Below, one piece after another: positions 54,590 to 64,000 of a stretch of 64,000 bases of DNA. Numbering within the stretch: position 1 is the first letter of the stretch; the number at the start of each line of letters is the position of its first letter. The DNA is from an uncultured delta proteobacterium (GTDB lineage: Bacteria; Desulfobacterota; Binatia; UBA9968), in assembly GCA_963816145.1 (NCBI GenBank), contig CAWFJP010000031.1, positions 1 to 64,000 of the forward strand. Reading direction: 5' to 3'. The translations under genes were made by a program, and so were the position numbers. The notes beneath the pieces were generated by a model, which was not told the DNA's origin, ran no database searches, and saw nothing but the letters and a program-made list of their open reading frames with translations.

Positions 54590-55621
54590 TCAGGTTTTTC
54601 CGACGAGATCTTGGGCAATGTTCTGATTATCATCGCGCTCATAGGCGGCGATGATTTCTTGCACCAAATGGTGCCGCGCCACATCTTTTTCGGTAAACGT
54701 CACGAAGCGGATGCCATGCACGCCGCGCAGAATGCGCGCGGCTTCCTTGAGCCCCGACGCCTTCCCCGCTGGTAGATCGATCTGAGTCGCATCGCCGGTG
54801 ATTACTGCCTTCGATCCGTAGCCCAAGCGCGTTAAAAACATTTTCATTTGCTCCGGTGTGGTGTTCTGCGCCTCGTCGAGAATCACAAACGAATCATTGA
54901 GCGTCCGGCCGCGCATGAACGCCAGCGGCGCGACTTCGATGGTCCCACGCTCGACCATTTTTCGCGCGCGGTCGAAATCAACCATGTCATGCAGCGCGTC
55001 GTACAGTGGACGCAGGTAGGGATTGACCTTTTCCGCAAGATCACCTGGGAGAAAACCCAGTTTCTCGCCGGCTTCGACCGCCGGGCGGGTGAGAATAATT
55101 CTCACATAATTGTTCTTCATCAATTCCGCTACGGCCATTGCCATAGCAAGGTAAGTCTTACCGGTGCCCGCTGGGCCGATGCCAAAGACGATATCGTAGC
55201 GGCGAATTGCGTCGATGTAGGCTTTTTGGGCGATGCTTTTGGGCGTGATGGTGCGCTTGTGCGCCGAAATATAGATGGTGTCGAGAAAGATATCTTGCAG
55301 CTTGGCACGGTTGTCGCCGCTCAAGATCCGGATCGCATAATCGACATCGCTCGCGTAAACCGGATAGCCCCTTTCTAAAAGACTGTAAAGTTGGCGCAGT
55401 ATTTGACTGGCCAGTTCGACTTGCAGCGGGTCGCCTTCGATCTCCATGGCCGAACCGCGGACGCGGATTTTGAGCTGTAACGTGTTCTGGACAATTTTGA
55501 CATGCTGGTCGTGCTGGCCCAACAGGTCGCGGAACAGGCGTGGATCGTGAAACTCGATCTGGTTGACGCCGATTTGCTCGACGCGTTCGGCGATCTGGTT
55601 TTTTTCGTCTTTCACTCGCAT
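54590..55621 (-). CDS. phoH: PhoH-family protein
   Basis: GPAGTGKT, RPAVEAGE.LGFLPG, APLAFMRGRT, DEAQN. Confidence 0.92.
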   Translation of the reverse strand: MRVKDEKNQIAERVEQIGVNQIEFHDPRLFRDLLGQHDQHVKIVQNTLQLKIRVRGSAMEIEGDPLQVELASQILRQLYSLLERGYPVYASDVDYAIRILSGDNRAKLQDIFLDTIYISAHKRTITPKSIAQKAYIDAIRRYDIVFGIGPAGTGKTYLAMAMAVAELMKNNYVRIILTRPAVEAGEKLGFLPGDLAEKVNPYLRPLYDALHDMVDFDRARKMVERGTIEVAPLAFMRGRTLNDSFVILDEAQNTTPEQMKMFLTRLGYGSKAVITGDATQIDLPAGKASGLKEAARILRGVHGIRFVTFTEKDVARHHLVQEIIAAYERDDNQNIAQDLVGKT

Positions 55622-56040
55622 TCTCCTATGAGTTGGACGATGATCTCGCGGCTGCGCGAGCGGTTGTCGAAGTCCATCAAGATAACTTGCTGCCAGGTGC
55701 CGAGACTCGGCGCACCGTCAACAATCGGGATTGCCAGAGACGGCCCGAACAGTGTGGCGCGCAGATGGGAAAAACCGTTGTCGTCGCCCCAGCGGTCGTC
55801 GTGGTGATAGCGTCGGTCGGAGGGAATATGTTTCTCGAGGAATTCCTTTAGATCTTTGATTAGACCGGGTTCATGCTCGATGGTTGTCAACGCCGCCGTG
55901 GAGCCGTTGACAAACAGAGTCGCCGCGCCACTGCGCATGTGCGCGGCGCGAATTTGTTCCTTGAATTTGGCGGTAATATCGATGATGTCGCAGAAGCCGG
56001 TGGTAGATACGGTGATCGTCTTGGTGTGAATCGTTGTCAC
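55612..56040 (-). CDS. YjbQ/UPF0047 family protein
   Basis: GSTAALTTIEHEPG, DNGFSHLRA, LGTWQQ. Confidence 0.88.
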   Translation of the reverse strand: MTTIHTKTITVSTTGFCDIIDITAKFKEQIRAAHMRSGAATLFVNGSTAALTTIEHEPGLIKDLKEFLEKHIPSDRRYHHDDRWGDDNGFSHLRATLFGPSLAIPIVDGAPSLGTWQQVILMDFDNRSRSREIIVQLIGECE

Positions 56041-56147
56041 GCTAGCAGTTGATCCTCATTTGCTGACAGGAATGCACGGTTCAACAACAGACACGCAACT
56101 ACTACTACTGCAGCGGTGGCTACGCTGGTTGCTGTGATTCAGTGATT

Positions 56148-58790
56148 TCATGACGCTTGCTTAACGATCTCCTCGGCGCGTTTGAGCGCAGCGGCGATCT
56201 TTGCCGGCTCCTTGCCGCCGGCCTGGGCGAAGTCCGGCCGGCCGCCGCCACCGCCGCCGACCATGCCGGCCAGCTCCTTGACGATGTTGCCGGCGTGGAA
56301 TTTCTTCGTCATTTCTTTGCTGACCGAGGCGACCAGGTTGACATTACCATCGCTGGCGCTGGCTAGAACTACGATCCCGGAGCCGAGTTTATCTTTGAGC
56401 TGATCGGCGATTTCACGCAACTGTTTACCGTCGACGCCGTCGAGCTGAGCAATCAGAACATTGGCGCCGCTGATGACTTGCTTTTGCGAGATCAAGTCGG
56501 GAATGCGATCTTTTTCCAGCTCGCCACGCAGCTTGGCGATCTCTTTTTCCAATTCCTTCTGGCGATCAAGCAGTCTCTTCACTCTGTCGACGGCATCGTC
56601 GGCGTTGCCGCGAAGAAGCGCGCCGATCTCTTTGACGCGTGACTCGTAGCTGTTGATCAGATCGAGCGCACCCTCGCCGGTGAAGGCTTCGATACGCCGG
56701 ACGCCGGCGGCGACGCCGCCCTCGAAATTGAGCTTGAACAAACCGATCTCCCCGGAAGCGCGGATATGCGTGCCGCCGCATAGCTCGGTGGAAAAATCGC
56801 CGATCCTGACCACCCGTACGCGGTCGCCATATTTGTCGCCGAAGAAGGCCAGAGCGCCTTGGCGAATGGCGTCGTCGTAACTCAGCTCCTTGATCGACAC
56901 GCCGGCATCCTCGCGCACGTGGAGATTAACTTGTGCTTCGATCGCCGCCAGCATGTCGTCGGCGATCGCGCCGGTGTGGCTGAAGTCAAAACGTAGCCGC
57001 TCAGGCGTCACCAGCGAGCCGGCTTGACGCACATGTTGGCCCAGTTCTTTTCGCAGCACGGCGTGGAGAATGTGGGTCGCCGAATGGTTGAGCATGGTTT
57101 TGCGGCGATGCTTGGCGTCAACTTTGAGCTCAACCTTGTCGCCGACTTGAATGCGGCCTTTTTTGACTCTGCCGCGATGGGAGGTCAGTTGCGGGGTTGG
57201 ATGATGGGTGTCGACGATTTCCACCCAGTCGCCGCGCTCGGTGCTAATCACACCCCGGTCGCCGATCTGTCCGCCGGACTCGCCGTAGAAAGGGGTCTCG
57301 GCGGTTAAAAGCTCGATATCTTCACCTTCCACTGCTTCGGTCTTGCTACCGGCAGCGCCAAAGATTCCAATCACCGTCGAGTCGCCGTCCAGCCGATCGT
57401 AGCCGGTGAAACAGACTTGGCCGTTTAGCTGGATCCTCGATTCCATACTGACGGTTTCGCGCGCTTCGCGGCCGCGGCTTCGTTGCGCTTCCATGAGCTT
57501 GGTGAAGCTCGCTTGATCGACATCGATATTGTCGGCGCGCAAAATGTCTTCGGTGAGATCGAGCGGAAAGCCGTACGTGTCGTAGAGGCGAAACGCGACT
57601 TCGCCGGGGAGCGTGCGTTTTTTCTCCGCTTTGAGTCTCGCGGTGGCGTCGTCCAGGAGAACCAGACCGCGATCGAGAGTCTCGCCGAAGCGTTCTTCCT
57701 CGATGCGAATAACCTCGCGGATGCGCTGCTCTTCTTGCTTCAGTTCTGGATAGGCATCGCCCATGACTGCCGTGACGGTCTTCGCGACTTCATGGAGAAA
57801 CGGCTCATTCAAGCCGATCAAGCGGCCATGGCGGGCGGCGCGGCGCAACAGACGGCGCAACACATAACCGCGTCCTTCATTGCTCGGCGCGACGCCATCG
57901 GCGATCAAGAAACTGACGGCGCGGGAGTGATCGTCGATGACGCGATAGGAAATATCCGCGGTCGGATCGACGCCATATTTCTTGCCGGTCAGACGTTCCG
58001 TGGTGGCGGTGAGCTCGCGCATGATGTCGATGTCGTAGTTCGACAATACTTTTTGCAGCACCGCGGTGATGCGCTCCATACCCATGCCGGTATCGACATG
58101 CTTGGCCGGCAGTTCCGACAGGCTGCGGTCCTCGGCGCGGTTGAACTGGATGAAAACCAGATTCCACAGCTCGATATACCGTGCGCAATCGCCGTTCACT
58201 TTGCATTCGTGACCGGCAACGCTGGGCATGTCGCAGGCGGCCGGGCCGCGGTCGAGATGGATTTCGCTGCAGGGGCCGCAGGGACCGGTCTCGCCCATCT
58301 CCCAGAAGTTTTCTTTATCGCCGAAGCGGCTCACCCGTTCGTGTGGCAGGCCGCTGATCTTGAACCAGAGCTGCTCCGTTTCTTCATCGTTGAGATAGAC
58401 GGTGGCGTAGAGCTTGTCCTTCGGCAGACCCCATTCTTTGGTCAAAAGCGCCCACGCCCACTCGATGGCCTCGGCTTTGTAGTAATCGCCGAAAGACCAA
58501 TTGCCGAGCATCTCGAACAGCGTGTGGTGGTAGGTGTCGCGGCCGACTACTTCCAGGTCGTTATGTTTACCGCTGATGCGCAAACACTTTTGCGCGCTGG
58601 AGGCGCGCGTATAAGGCAAACGCTGCTGGCCCAAGAAAACGTTCTTAAACTGCACCATGCCGGCGTTGGTGAACAGCAACGTCGGATCTTTGTCGGGTAC
58701 CAACGATGAACTGCGCACCACGGTGTGGCCTTGTTTAGCGAAATAATCTAAAAAAGATTTGCGGATGTCGTTACCGGTGATCATAGCCAT
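56148..58790 (-). CDS. alaS: Alanine-tRNA ligase
   Basis: LLFTNAGM, FEMLGN, GPCGPCSE, HSATH, ELCGGTH, GGGGGRPDFAQ. Confidence 0.97.
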   Translation of the reverse strand: MAMITGNDIRKSFLDYFAKQGHTVVRSSSLVPDKDPTLLFTNAGMVQFKNVFLGQQRLPYTRASSAQKCLRISGKHNDLEVVGRDTYHHTLFEMLGNWSFGDYYKAEAIEWAWALLTKEWGLPKDKLYATVYLNDEETEQLWFKISGLPHERVSRFGDKENFWEMGETGPCGPCSEIHLDRGPAACDMPSVAGHECKVNGDCARYIELWNLVFIQFNRAEDRSLSELPAKHVDTGMGMERITAVLQKVLSNYDIDIMRELTATTERLTGKKYGVDPTADISYRVIDDHSRAVSFLIADGVAPSNEGRGYVLRRLLRRAARHGRLIGLNEPFLHEVAKTVTAVMGDAYPELKQEEQRIREVIRIEEERFGETLDRGLVLLDDATARLKAEKKRTLPGEVAFRLYDTYGFPLDLTEDILRADNIDVDQASFTKLMEAQRSRGREARETVSMESRIQLNGQVCFTGYDRLDGDSTVIGIFGAAGSKTEAVEGEDIELLTAETPFYGESGGQIGDRGVISTERGDWVEIVDTHHPTPQLTSHRGRVKKGRIQVGDKVELKVDAKHRRKTMLNHSATHILHAVLRKELGQHVRQAGSLVTPERLRFDFSHTGAIADDMLAAIEAQVNLHVREDAGVSIKELSYDDAIRQGALAFFGDKYGDRVRVVRIGDFSTELCGGTHIRASGEIGLFKLNFEGGVAAGVRRIEAFTGEGALDLINSYESRVKEIGALLRGNADDAVDRVKRLLDRQKELEKEIAKLRGELEKDRIPDLISQKQVISGANVLIAQLDGVDGKQLREIADQLKDKLGSGIVVLASASDGNVNLVASVSKEMTKKFHAGNIVKELAGMVGGGGGGRPDFAQAGGKEPAKIAAALKRAEEIVKQAS

Positions 58791-59234
58791 CTAGTCTTCG
58801 TCAATGCGATATTTTAGCAGTTCGAAAATCACTTTGCTGCTGAAGCCGCGCCGCTGGAGCAGGGCGACGGCACGGTGCTGCGCTTTGGCGTCCTGCAGGC
58901 TCACGGCGCCGAATCGCTTAGTCAATATTTTTCTAGCGCTTTCTTGTTCGCTCAAGTGTTGCAAACTCTGTTGCATGGTCTCACGAATCACTCTGGAATC
59001 GATGCCCTTGAGGCGTAGCTCCTGCTCGACCCGTCTGGGGCCGTAGCCGCGGCTCTCCAGTCGGGAGCGCGCCCAGATCTGGGCAAAGGATAGATCGTCG
59101 AGATAGTTCAGCGATCGGAGCTTGGCGATCACAGTGTCGCTAACTAGCGGCTCGCAGCCCTTCTGGCGCAGGTAATTTTTGACTTCCAATTCGCTACGCG
59201 GCCGGTGGCTCAAGTAGCGCAAAGCTATTTGCAA
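58791..59234 (-). CDS. recX: Regulatory protein RecX (start uncertain, may extend to ~59285)
   Basis: ALRYLSHRPRS, YLDDLSFA, GPRR..ELRLKG, RRGF; lies between recA and alaS. Confidence 0.88.
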   Translation of the reverse strand: MQIALRYLSHRPRSELEVKNYLRQKGCEPLVSDTVIAKLRSLNYLDDLSFAQIWARSRLESRGYGPRRVEQELRLKGIDSRVIRETMQQSLQHLSEQESARKILTKRFGAVSLQDAKAQHRAVALLQRRGFSSKVIFELLKYRIDED

Positions 59235-59306
59235 CGCCTGTTCAGGCGAGTCGACGGCGGCGGCGCTGGCTTTCGATCTTTTCAGCGTCTATCCAAATTC
59301 TCAGAG

Positions 59307-60359
59307 TTATTTGGTTTTGCTCTTTTTATCCGCCGCCGCGGGTTCGGCCAAGGCCTCCGCATCGTGCGGCTTCAAACCGTACTTATCCATGATCTTGGCC
59401 ATGATACTTTGCGCCGTCTCCGGATGATCCTTGAGAAACTGCTTGGCCTGTTCTCGGCCTTGACCGATGCGCTCACCGGCATGGGAATACCAGGCGCCGC
59501 TCTTCTCGATGACGCCCATCTCACTGCCGATATCGACGATCTCGCCGTCGCGCGAAATCCCGGTGCCGTAGAGAATGTCAAACTCAGCTTCTTTAAACGG
59601 CGGAGCCATTTTGTTTTTGACCACTTTGACCCGGGTGCGGCCGCCGATAATGTTATCGCCGTCTTTGAGCGCGCCGATGCGCCGGATATCCATGCGTACC
59701 GAGGCGTAGAACTTGAGCGCATTGCCGCCGGTGGTGGTCTCCGGGTTGCCGAACATGACGCCGATCTTCATGCGGATCTGGTTGATGAAGATGACCACGG
59801 TGTGCGAGCGGGCGATGGTGCCGGTAAGCTTCCGTAGAGCTTGCGACATGAGGCGCGCTTGCAAGCCCATGTGCGAGTCGCCCATCTCGCCTTCGATCTC
59901 GGCTTTGGGCACAAGCGCCGCAACCGAGTCGATGACCAAGACGTCAATGGCACCGCTGCGCACCAAGGTCTCGGCAATTTCCAAGGCCTGCTCGCCATGG
60001 TCCGGTTGCGAAACCAACAAGTCATCGGTTTTGACGCCGAGTTTCTGGGCGTAGCCTAGATCCAGCGCATGCTCGGCATCGATGTAGGCGCCCATGCCGC
60101 CGCTTTTTTGGGCTTCGGCAACGATTTGCAGTGCCAGGGTGGTTTTACCGGAGGATTCAGGGCCGTAAATCTCAATGACCCGGCCGCAGGGCACGCCGCC
60201 GATGCCGAGCGCGATGTCAAGTCCGAGAGAGCCGGTCGAGATGGTCTGCACGTCTTTGACAATGCCGCCCTCGCCGAGTTTCATGATCGCGCCTTTGCCG
60301 AACTGTTTCTCGATCTGACTTACCGCAAGGTCGATTGCCTTCTCACGATTCACATCCAT
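59307..60359 (-). CDS. recA: Recombinase A
   Basis: [37 protein letters not shown]. Confidence 0.98.
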   Translation of the reverse strand: MDVNREKAIDLAVSQIEKQFGKGAIMKLGEGGIVKDVQTISTGSLGLDIALGIGGVPCGRVIEIYGPESSGKTTLALQIVAEAQKSGGMGAYIDAEHALDLGYAQKLGVKTDDLLVSQPDHGEQALEIAETLVRSGAIDVLVIDSVAALVPKAEIEGEMGDSHMGLQARLMSQALRKLTGTIARSHTVVIFINQIRMKIGVMFGNPETTTGGNALKFYASVRMDIRRIGALKDGDNIIGGRTRVKVVKNKMAPPFKEAEFDILYGTGISRDGEIVDIGSEMGVIEKSGAWYSHAGERIGQGREQAKQFLKDHPETAQSIMAKIMDKYGLKPHDAEALAEPAAADKKSKTK

Positions 60360-60369
60360 TGCCTGCCTC

Positions 60370-60951
60370 CTAAACGATAGACTGGTCTTTAAGCTTGATG
60401 ACTTTCAGTTGTGAATAGACGGCCCCCGTGGGCTGAAGTACACTTTGAAACAGAATCACTCGGTCAACTTTGGTTGCACCGAATTCGTGTTCACGCCAGT
60501 TGTTCAATTCCTGTTTAAGAATTCCCGGCGACCGCTCGGCTTGGCGCCAACGGCCGATGGTTAGATGCGGTGTAAAGCCTCTGGGTTCGCCGGGAAACCC
60601 CAGAGGTAACAACACTGCATCCAGTCGCGTCGCCAACCGCGTCAGCTGATCGCCTATGAAGCCGACCCACAATACTTTCGGTTGTCTCAGCCCGGGAAAT
60701 ACCCCTAGACCTTTAGCATTTATGATGCAGCGCGGAAAGGGGGTTATGGCGAGTTCCAGGACGTCACCGATGGCTTCCAACTGGCGCGCTTCGATATCCC
60801 CGAGGAACTTGAGGGTCAGGTGAAAATTCGCCGGCGCTACCCAGCGGACAGCCGGCAACTTGGGTTTCAGGTCGGCGATGGCGGAGAGGATATGCGCGAC
60901 CGTAGTTGGCGAGATTTCAACGGCGATGAAAGCGCGGATCACGGCGGTCAA
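60370..60951 (-). CDS. thpR: RNA 2',3'-cyclic phosphodiesterase
   Basis: RAFIA and two 2H motifs ([15 protein letters not shown]). Confidence 0.9.
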   Translation of the reverse strand: MTAVIRAFIAVEISPTTVAHILSAIADLKPKLPAVRWVAPANFHLTLKFLGDIEARQLEAIGDVLELAITPFPRCIINAKGLGVFPGLRQPKVLWVGFIGDQLTRLATRLDAVLLPLGFPGEPRGFTPHLTIGRWRQAERSPGILKQELNNWREHEFGATKVDRVILFQSVLQPTGAVYSQLKVIKLKDQSIV

Positions 60952-62195
60952 TCGTGCGAAAGCCGTAGCCGTAGCCAGTTCAACGCCGCTTGGGCGGCGC
61001 CTTGAACGATTCGTTCGCGGTCGGTCAAGACCATGAGGTTAAGGAGCTTGGCTTCGTGAAAGTTTTCCTGGCAGATGCTCACCCAGACCGTACCGATCGG
61101 CTTTTCGGGGCTACCGCCGGAAGGGCCGGCGACTCCAGTGACGCTCAATCCGATATCGGCGCCGGTGCGTTGGCGAATGCCTTGTGACATTTCCAAAGCG
61201 GTCTGTTGGCTGACCGCGCCGACGCGGGCCAATGTTTCTGGACCTACGCCCAGGGAGCGAATTTTCTCTGCGTTCGAATAAGTTATTGCAGCGCCGAGAA
61301 AGTAGGCCGAACTACCGGCTACTCTCGTGATCCGGTGGCTGATCAATCCTCCCGTGCAAGACTCGGCGAGGGCGAGGGTTAGCTGTTTCTGCAGAAGCAA
61401 CTGGCCGACCGCTTCTTCCATGGTCAGCTCACCGTTGGCATAAATGTAGTGGTCGAGGATAGTTTGGATTTGGCCGCGCAGTTCAGTGAACCTTTCCACT
61501 TGTGCCGCTCCGCCGCTTACCGTCAGGCGTAGAGTGAGATCGGGAAAATGGGCGCGGAAGGCCAGCTTTGCATTGTTGCTCAAATCTAACGGCTTCATCA
61601 GATCATCCAACTTGGACTCGGTAATGCCATGAATTTTGAACGTAGCCTCGTGAATCGTCGACTGAGTACCGTTCTGCTCGACGATCCACGGCAGCACCGA
61701 CTCGTGCATCATGGCGCTCATCTCGTGGGGCACACCGGAAAGCCAGATCAGCTTCTTGCCTTGACCGAGATCGACGCGGAAGCCGGGCGCCGTGCCTTTG
61801 GGGTTTGGTATGATTACCGCGCTTTCCGGAAAGAGCGCTTGTTTAAGATTATTTTCCGTAAACGCCACGCCACGCTTTTCGAAACGTGCCTTGAGCGCCG
61901 CCGCCACGCCGTCGTCCAGTTTGGTGTTAATGCCGAGAAACCCAGCGACCGTCTCGGTGGTCAAATCGTCCGCGGTCGGTCCCAAGCCGCCGGTGCCGAT
62001 GACGACATCGCCGAGCTCCTTCGCTTGACCAAAGGCCCAGATGAGTTTTTCCCGGTCATCGCCCACTTTGATAACGGCGCCGACGCGGATGCCTAAAGCG
62101 AACAAGCGATCGGCGATAAATGTCGAGTTGGTGTCGACCACTTTGCCCGTGGTCAGTTCATCCCCAGTGCTGAGAAGTACCGCAGTTTCGATCAT
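60948..62195 (-). CDS. cinA: Competence/damage-inducible protein CinA
   Basis: GDEL, GGLGPTADD, GTAPG, AESCTGG, TGVAGP. Confidence 0.92.
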   Translation of the reverse strand: MIETAVLLSTGDELTTGKVVDTNSTFIADRLFALGIRVGAVIKVGDDREKLIWAFGQAKELGDVVIGTGGLGPTADDLTTETVAGFLGINTKLDDGVAAALKARFEKRGVAFTENNLKQALFPESAVIIPNPKGTAPGFRVDLGQGKKLIWLSGVPHEMSAMMHESVLPWIVEQNGTQSTIHEATFKIHGITESKLDDLMKPLDLSNNAKLAFRAHFPDLTLRLTVSGGAAQVERFTELRGQIQTILDHYIYANGELTMEEAVGQLLLQKQLTLALAESCTGGLISHRITRVAGSSAYFLGAAITYSNAEKIRSLGVGPETLARVGAVSQQTALEMSQGIRQRTGADIGLSVTGVAGPSGGSPEKPIGTVWVSICQENFHEAKLLNLMVLTDRERIVQGAAQAALNWLRLRLSHD

Positions 62196-62665
62196 AACCA
62201 CCGCCAATAGAGTAACGTTTGGACGATTGCAAATGCGTAAATTCCCGCCAGCACATCGTCGAGCACGATGCCGGTGCCGCCGGGGAGATTTTCCAGTTTA
62301 GCCGCCGGATAGACTTTGGTGATATCGAATATGCGAAACAATAGGAAACTCAGCAGCAACGGCGCCCAACGAAGGGGCGTGAGAAAGTTTGCGATTAAGA
62401 AGCCGACGATTTCATCGGCAACGATGATTTGCGGATCTTTCTGCTGGACAATTTGAGCAGCGTCGGTCGAGAGTTTGATTGCGAAGAGTGTAGCACCTAC
62501 CAACATGCCGATGGCAAATAGCGGCGAGGCTTCGGCGACCCGGTTGAGCCCGAGAGAAATGGGCACAGCCAAAATAGTCCCCATAGTGCCGGGAAAATAG
62601 TGCGAGTAGCCGATCCCAGCGCCGGTGACGATGACAAGAGTCGTTTTGCGTCGTAGGTCGCTCAC
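62192..62665 (-). CDS. pgpA: Phosphatidylglycerophosphatase A
   Basis: PGTMGT, DPQIIVADE, FRIFDI, DDVLAG. Confidence 0.9.
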   Translation of the reverse strand: MSDLRRKTTLVIVTGAGIGYSHYFPGTMGTILAVPISLGLNRVAEASPLFAIGMLVGATLFAIKLSTDAAQIVQQKDPQIIVADEIVGFLIANFLTPLRWAPLLLSFLLFRIFDITKVYPAAKLENLPGGTGIVLDDVLAGIYAFAIVQTLLYWRWL

Positions 62666-62752
62666 AGTGAGCGCGATACTATTCAGGAAAATGAGAAAAC
62701 GCCAGGTTTGGCGTGCGGCAAAAATTTGTCTGAAACTACAAACGTCTTACGG

Positions 62753-64000
62753 CTAGGACTGTGGCGTGGACTTCAGCTCGGTCATGTATGTGCGCATCTG
62801 GTTTTCAAACAACCGATGCAAGGCGGGTTCAAGCTGGTCTTCCGCCGGGAAGTCGATGCTTAAGGGATTGATATACTGATGGTCTTTATAGAGTTCGAAG
62901 TGGAGATGTGGACCGGTGGATCTGCCGGTGGAACCGACAAAGCCGATGATTTGTCCTTTGGTAACGCTCACGCCAGGCTGGATGCCTTCGGCAAAGCTGT
63001 CCAGATGGGCGTAACGGCTCGAGTAGGTTGAGTCATGTTTGATGTCGACCGCTTTGCCATAGCCGCCATTCCAACCTGCTTCGGCGATGATACCATCGCC
63101 GACGGATCGCACTGGTGTTCCTCTCTGCGCAGCAAAGTCGACGCCGGTATGGGGAAGGTTAGTGCGGAGAATGGGATGAAATCTCGACTCGGTAAAATGC
63201 GACGTGATGGCGCTAAATTCCAACGGGAAGCGGAGAAACGAGCGTGCCAAGCTTCGGCCCTCTTGATTATAATAACCGCCCACGCCTTGTTGCCGCTCAA
63301 AGTAGACCGCGGTGTATTTTTGTCCTGCGCTATTTAGTTCTGCCGCTAGGATGCGCAGTCCAGTTTTAGCTTCTTGGCCCTTGCGGCTGCGTTGCTCGTA
63401 AAGGATCTTGAAGTTATCGCCCTTACGGACCTCCTTTTCGAGATCGATGTCCCAGGTGAACAGATCGGCAAGCTGGGAGAGCAATGCCGGGTGGACGCCG
63501 GCTTTGCGGCCATCGTCGAAAAGTGAATTTTCGATGGATGCGCTAACCGTCTTTAATTCAACATCGAAGGGCTTTTCGCGGCGCTGGACGAAAATGCCGC
63601 GGATGCCTTTTTCCAAGGTTAGAGTGACGGAGTCATTTTGATCGATCTCTACGGCTGTCAGCTGGCCGCGCGTTAGCGACCCACGGCCGCGAATGAGCGA
63701 TTTGCTGAAGAAAAGTTGAGCCTCTTTCCCGGCTGGTAAGGTTTCGCTGCCGATATTGCGTGTCATGGTGCGCGCCCAGAGCAGACTTTCGGCCCTCGAC
63801 ACGTTATTCCGGGTCAAGACATCCGACAGCGTTTCTCCCGGCCGGACGCGGTAGCTCACTAGTTCACGTTTCTCCGAAAAATCGATGGCTGGTGGGCTTG
63901 GCTGCCGCAGTAGGGCGCCATGGGCCTGGCCCTTCGTCAGGCGCCTTACCGGTGCGCTAGCTTGAACGGAAGCCGGGGCTGGAGCCTGCTTACCGCGAAC
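62753..64000 (-). CDS. M23-family metallopeptidase (MepM-like), 5' end beyond the window
   Basis: HTGVDFAA, YAHL, GRSTGPHLHFE; reading frame stays open to position 64000. Confidence 0.9.
   Translation of the reverse strand, partial: VRGKQAPAPASVQASAPVRRLTKGQAHGALLRQPSPPAIDFSEKRELVSYRVRPGETLSDVLTRNNVSRAESLLWARTMTRNIGSETLPAGKEAQLFFSKSLIRGRGSLTRGQLTAVEIDQNDSVTLTLEKGIRGIFVQRREKPFDVELKTVSASIENSLFDDGRKAGVHPALLSQLADLFTWDIDLEKEVRKGDNFKILYEQRSRKGQEAKTGLRILAAELNSAGQKYTAVYFERQQGVGGYYNQEGRSLARSFLRFPLEFSAITSHFTESRFHPILRTNLPHTGVDFAAQRGTPVRSVGDGIIAEAGWNGGYGKAVDIKHDSTYSSRYAHLDSFAEGIQPGVSVTKGQIIGFVGSTGRSTGPHLHFELYKDHQYINPLSIDFPAEDQLEPALHRLFENQMRTYMTELKSTPQS

Overview
GC-rich bacterial chromosome segment. Gene content and the orphan NitT/TauT-type binding proteins suggest a deltaproteobacteria-like lineage such as Binatota (inference only). 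Left end (1-6654): an intact tRNA-Leu(CAA) followed by two copies of its own 3' part (2947-3003 and, cut by the window edge, 1-31). Each copy is followed by the same conserved ~55-bp block containing a TGTGTAAG direct repeat. These sites delimit two small cargo cassettes with no intact integrase: cytochrome b-DHC/SHP/DHC (~2.9 kb) and a P-type ATPase (~3.6 kb). This tandem cassette array is the best candidate for an undescribed system. Next come radA, bioFAD, binding proteins, ppk1 (with a Pho-box-like site), an MFS transporter, larC and a hydrolase. At ~20.3-31.3 kb lies a defence island (YhcG/DUF1016, a frameshifted type I RM, a PD-(D/E)XK-like ORF, DUF3644, RhuM, HIRAN) with a diverged duplication of the neighbouring gene's 5' end and promoter. 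Then an 11-subunit nuo operon lacking nuoEFG, E1 alpha/beta, GST, cytochrome c, a heat-shock cluster (groES/EL, four Hsp20, Lon, HtrA) and phoH-yjbQ-alaS-recX-recA-thpR-cinA-pgpA-M23. Single-base frameshifts in otherwise intact genes suggest residual assembly errors, so pseudogene calls are tentative. All family calls come from motif recognition, not database searches.
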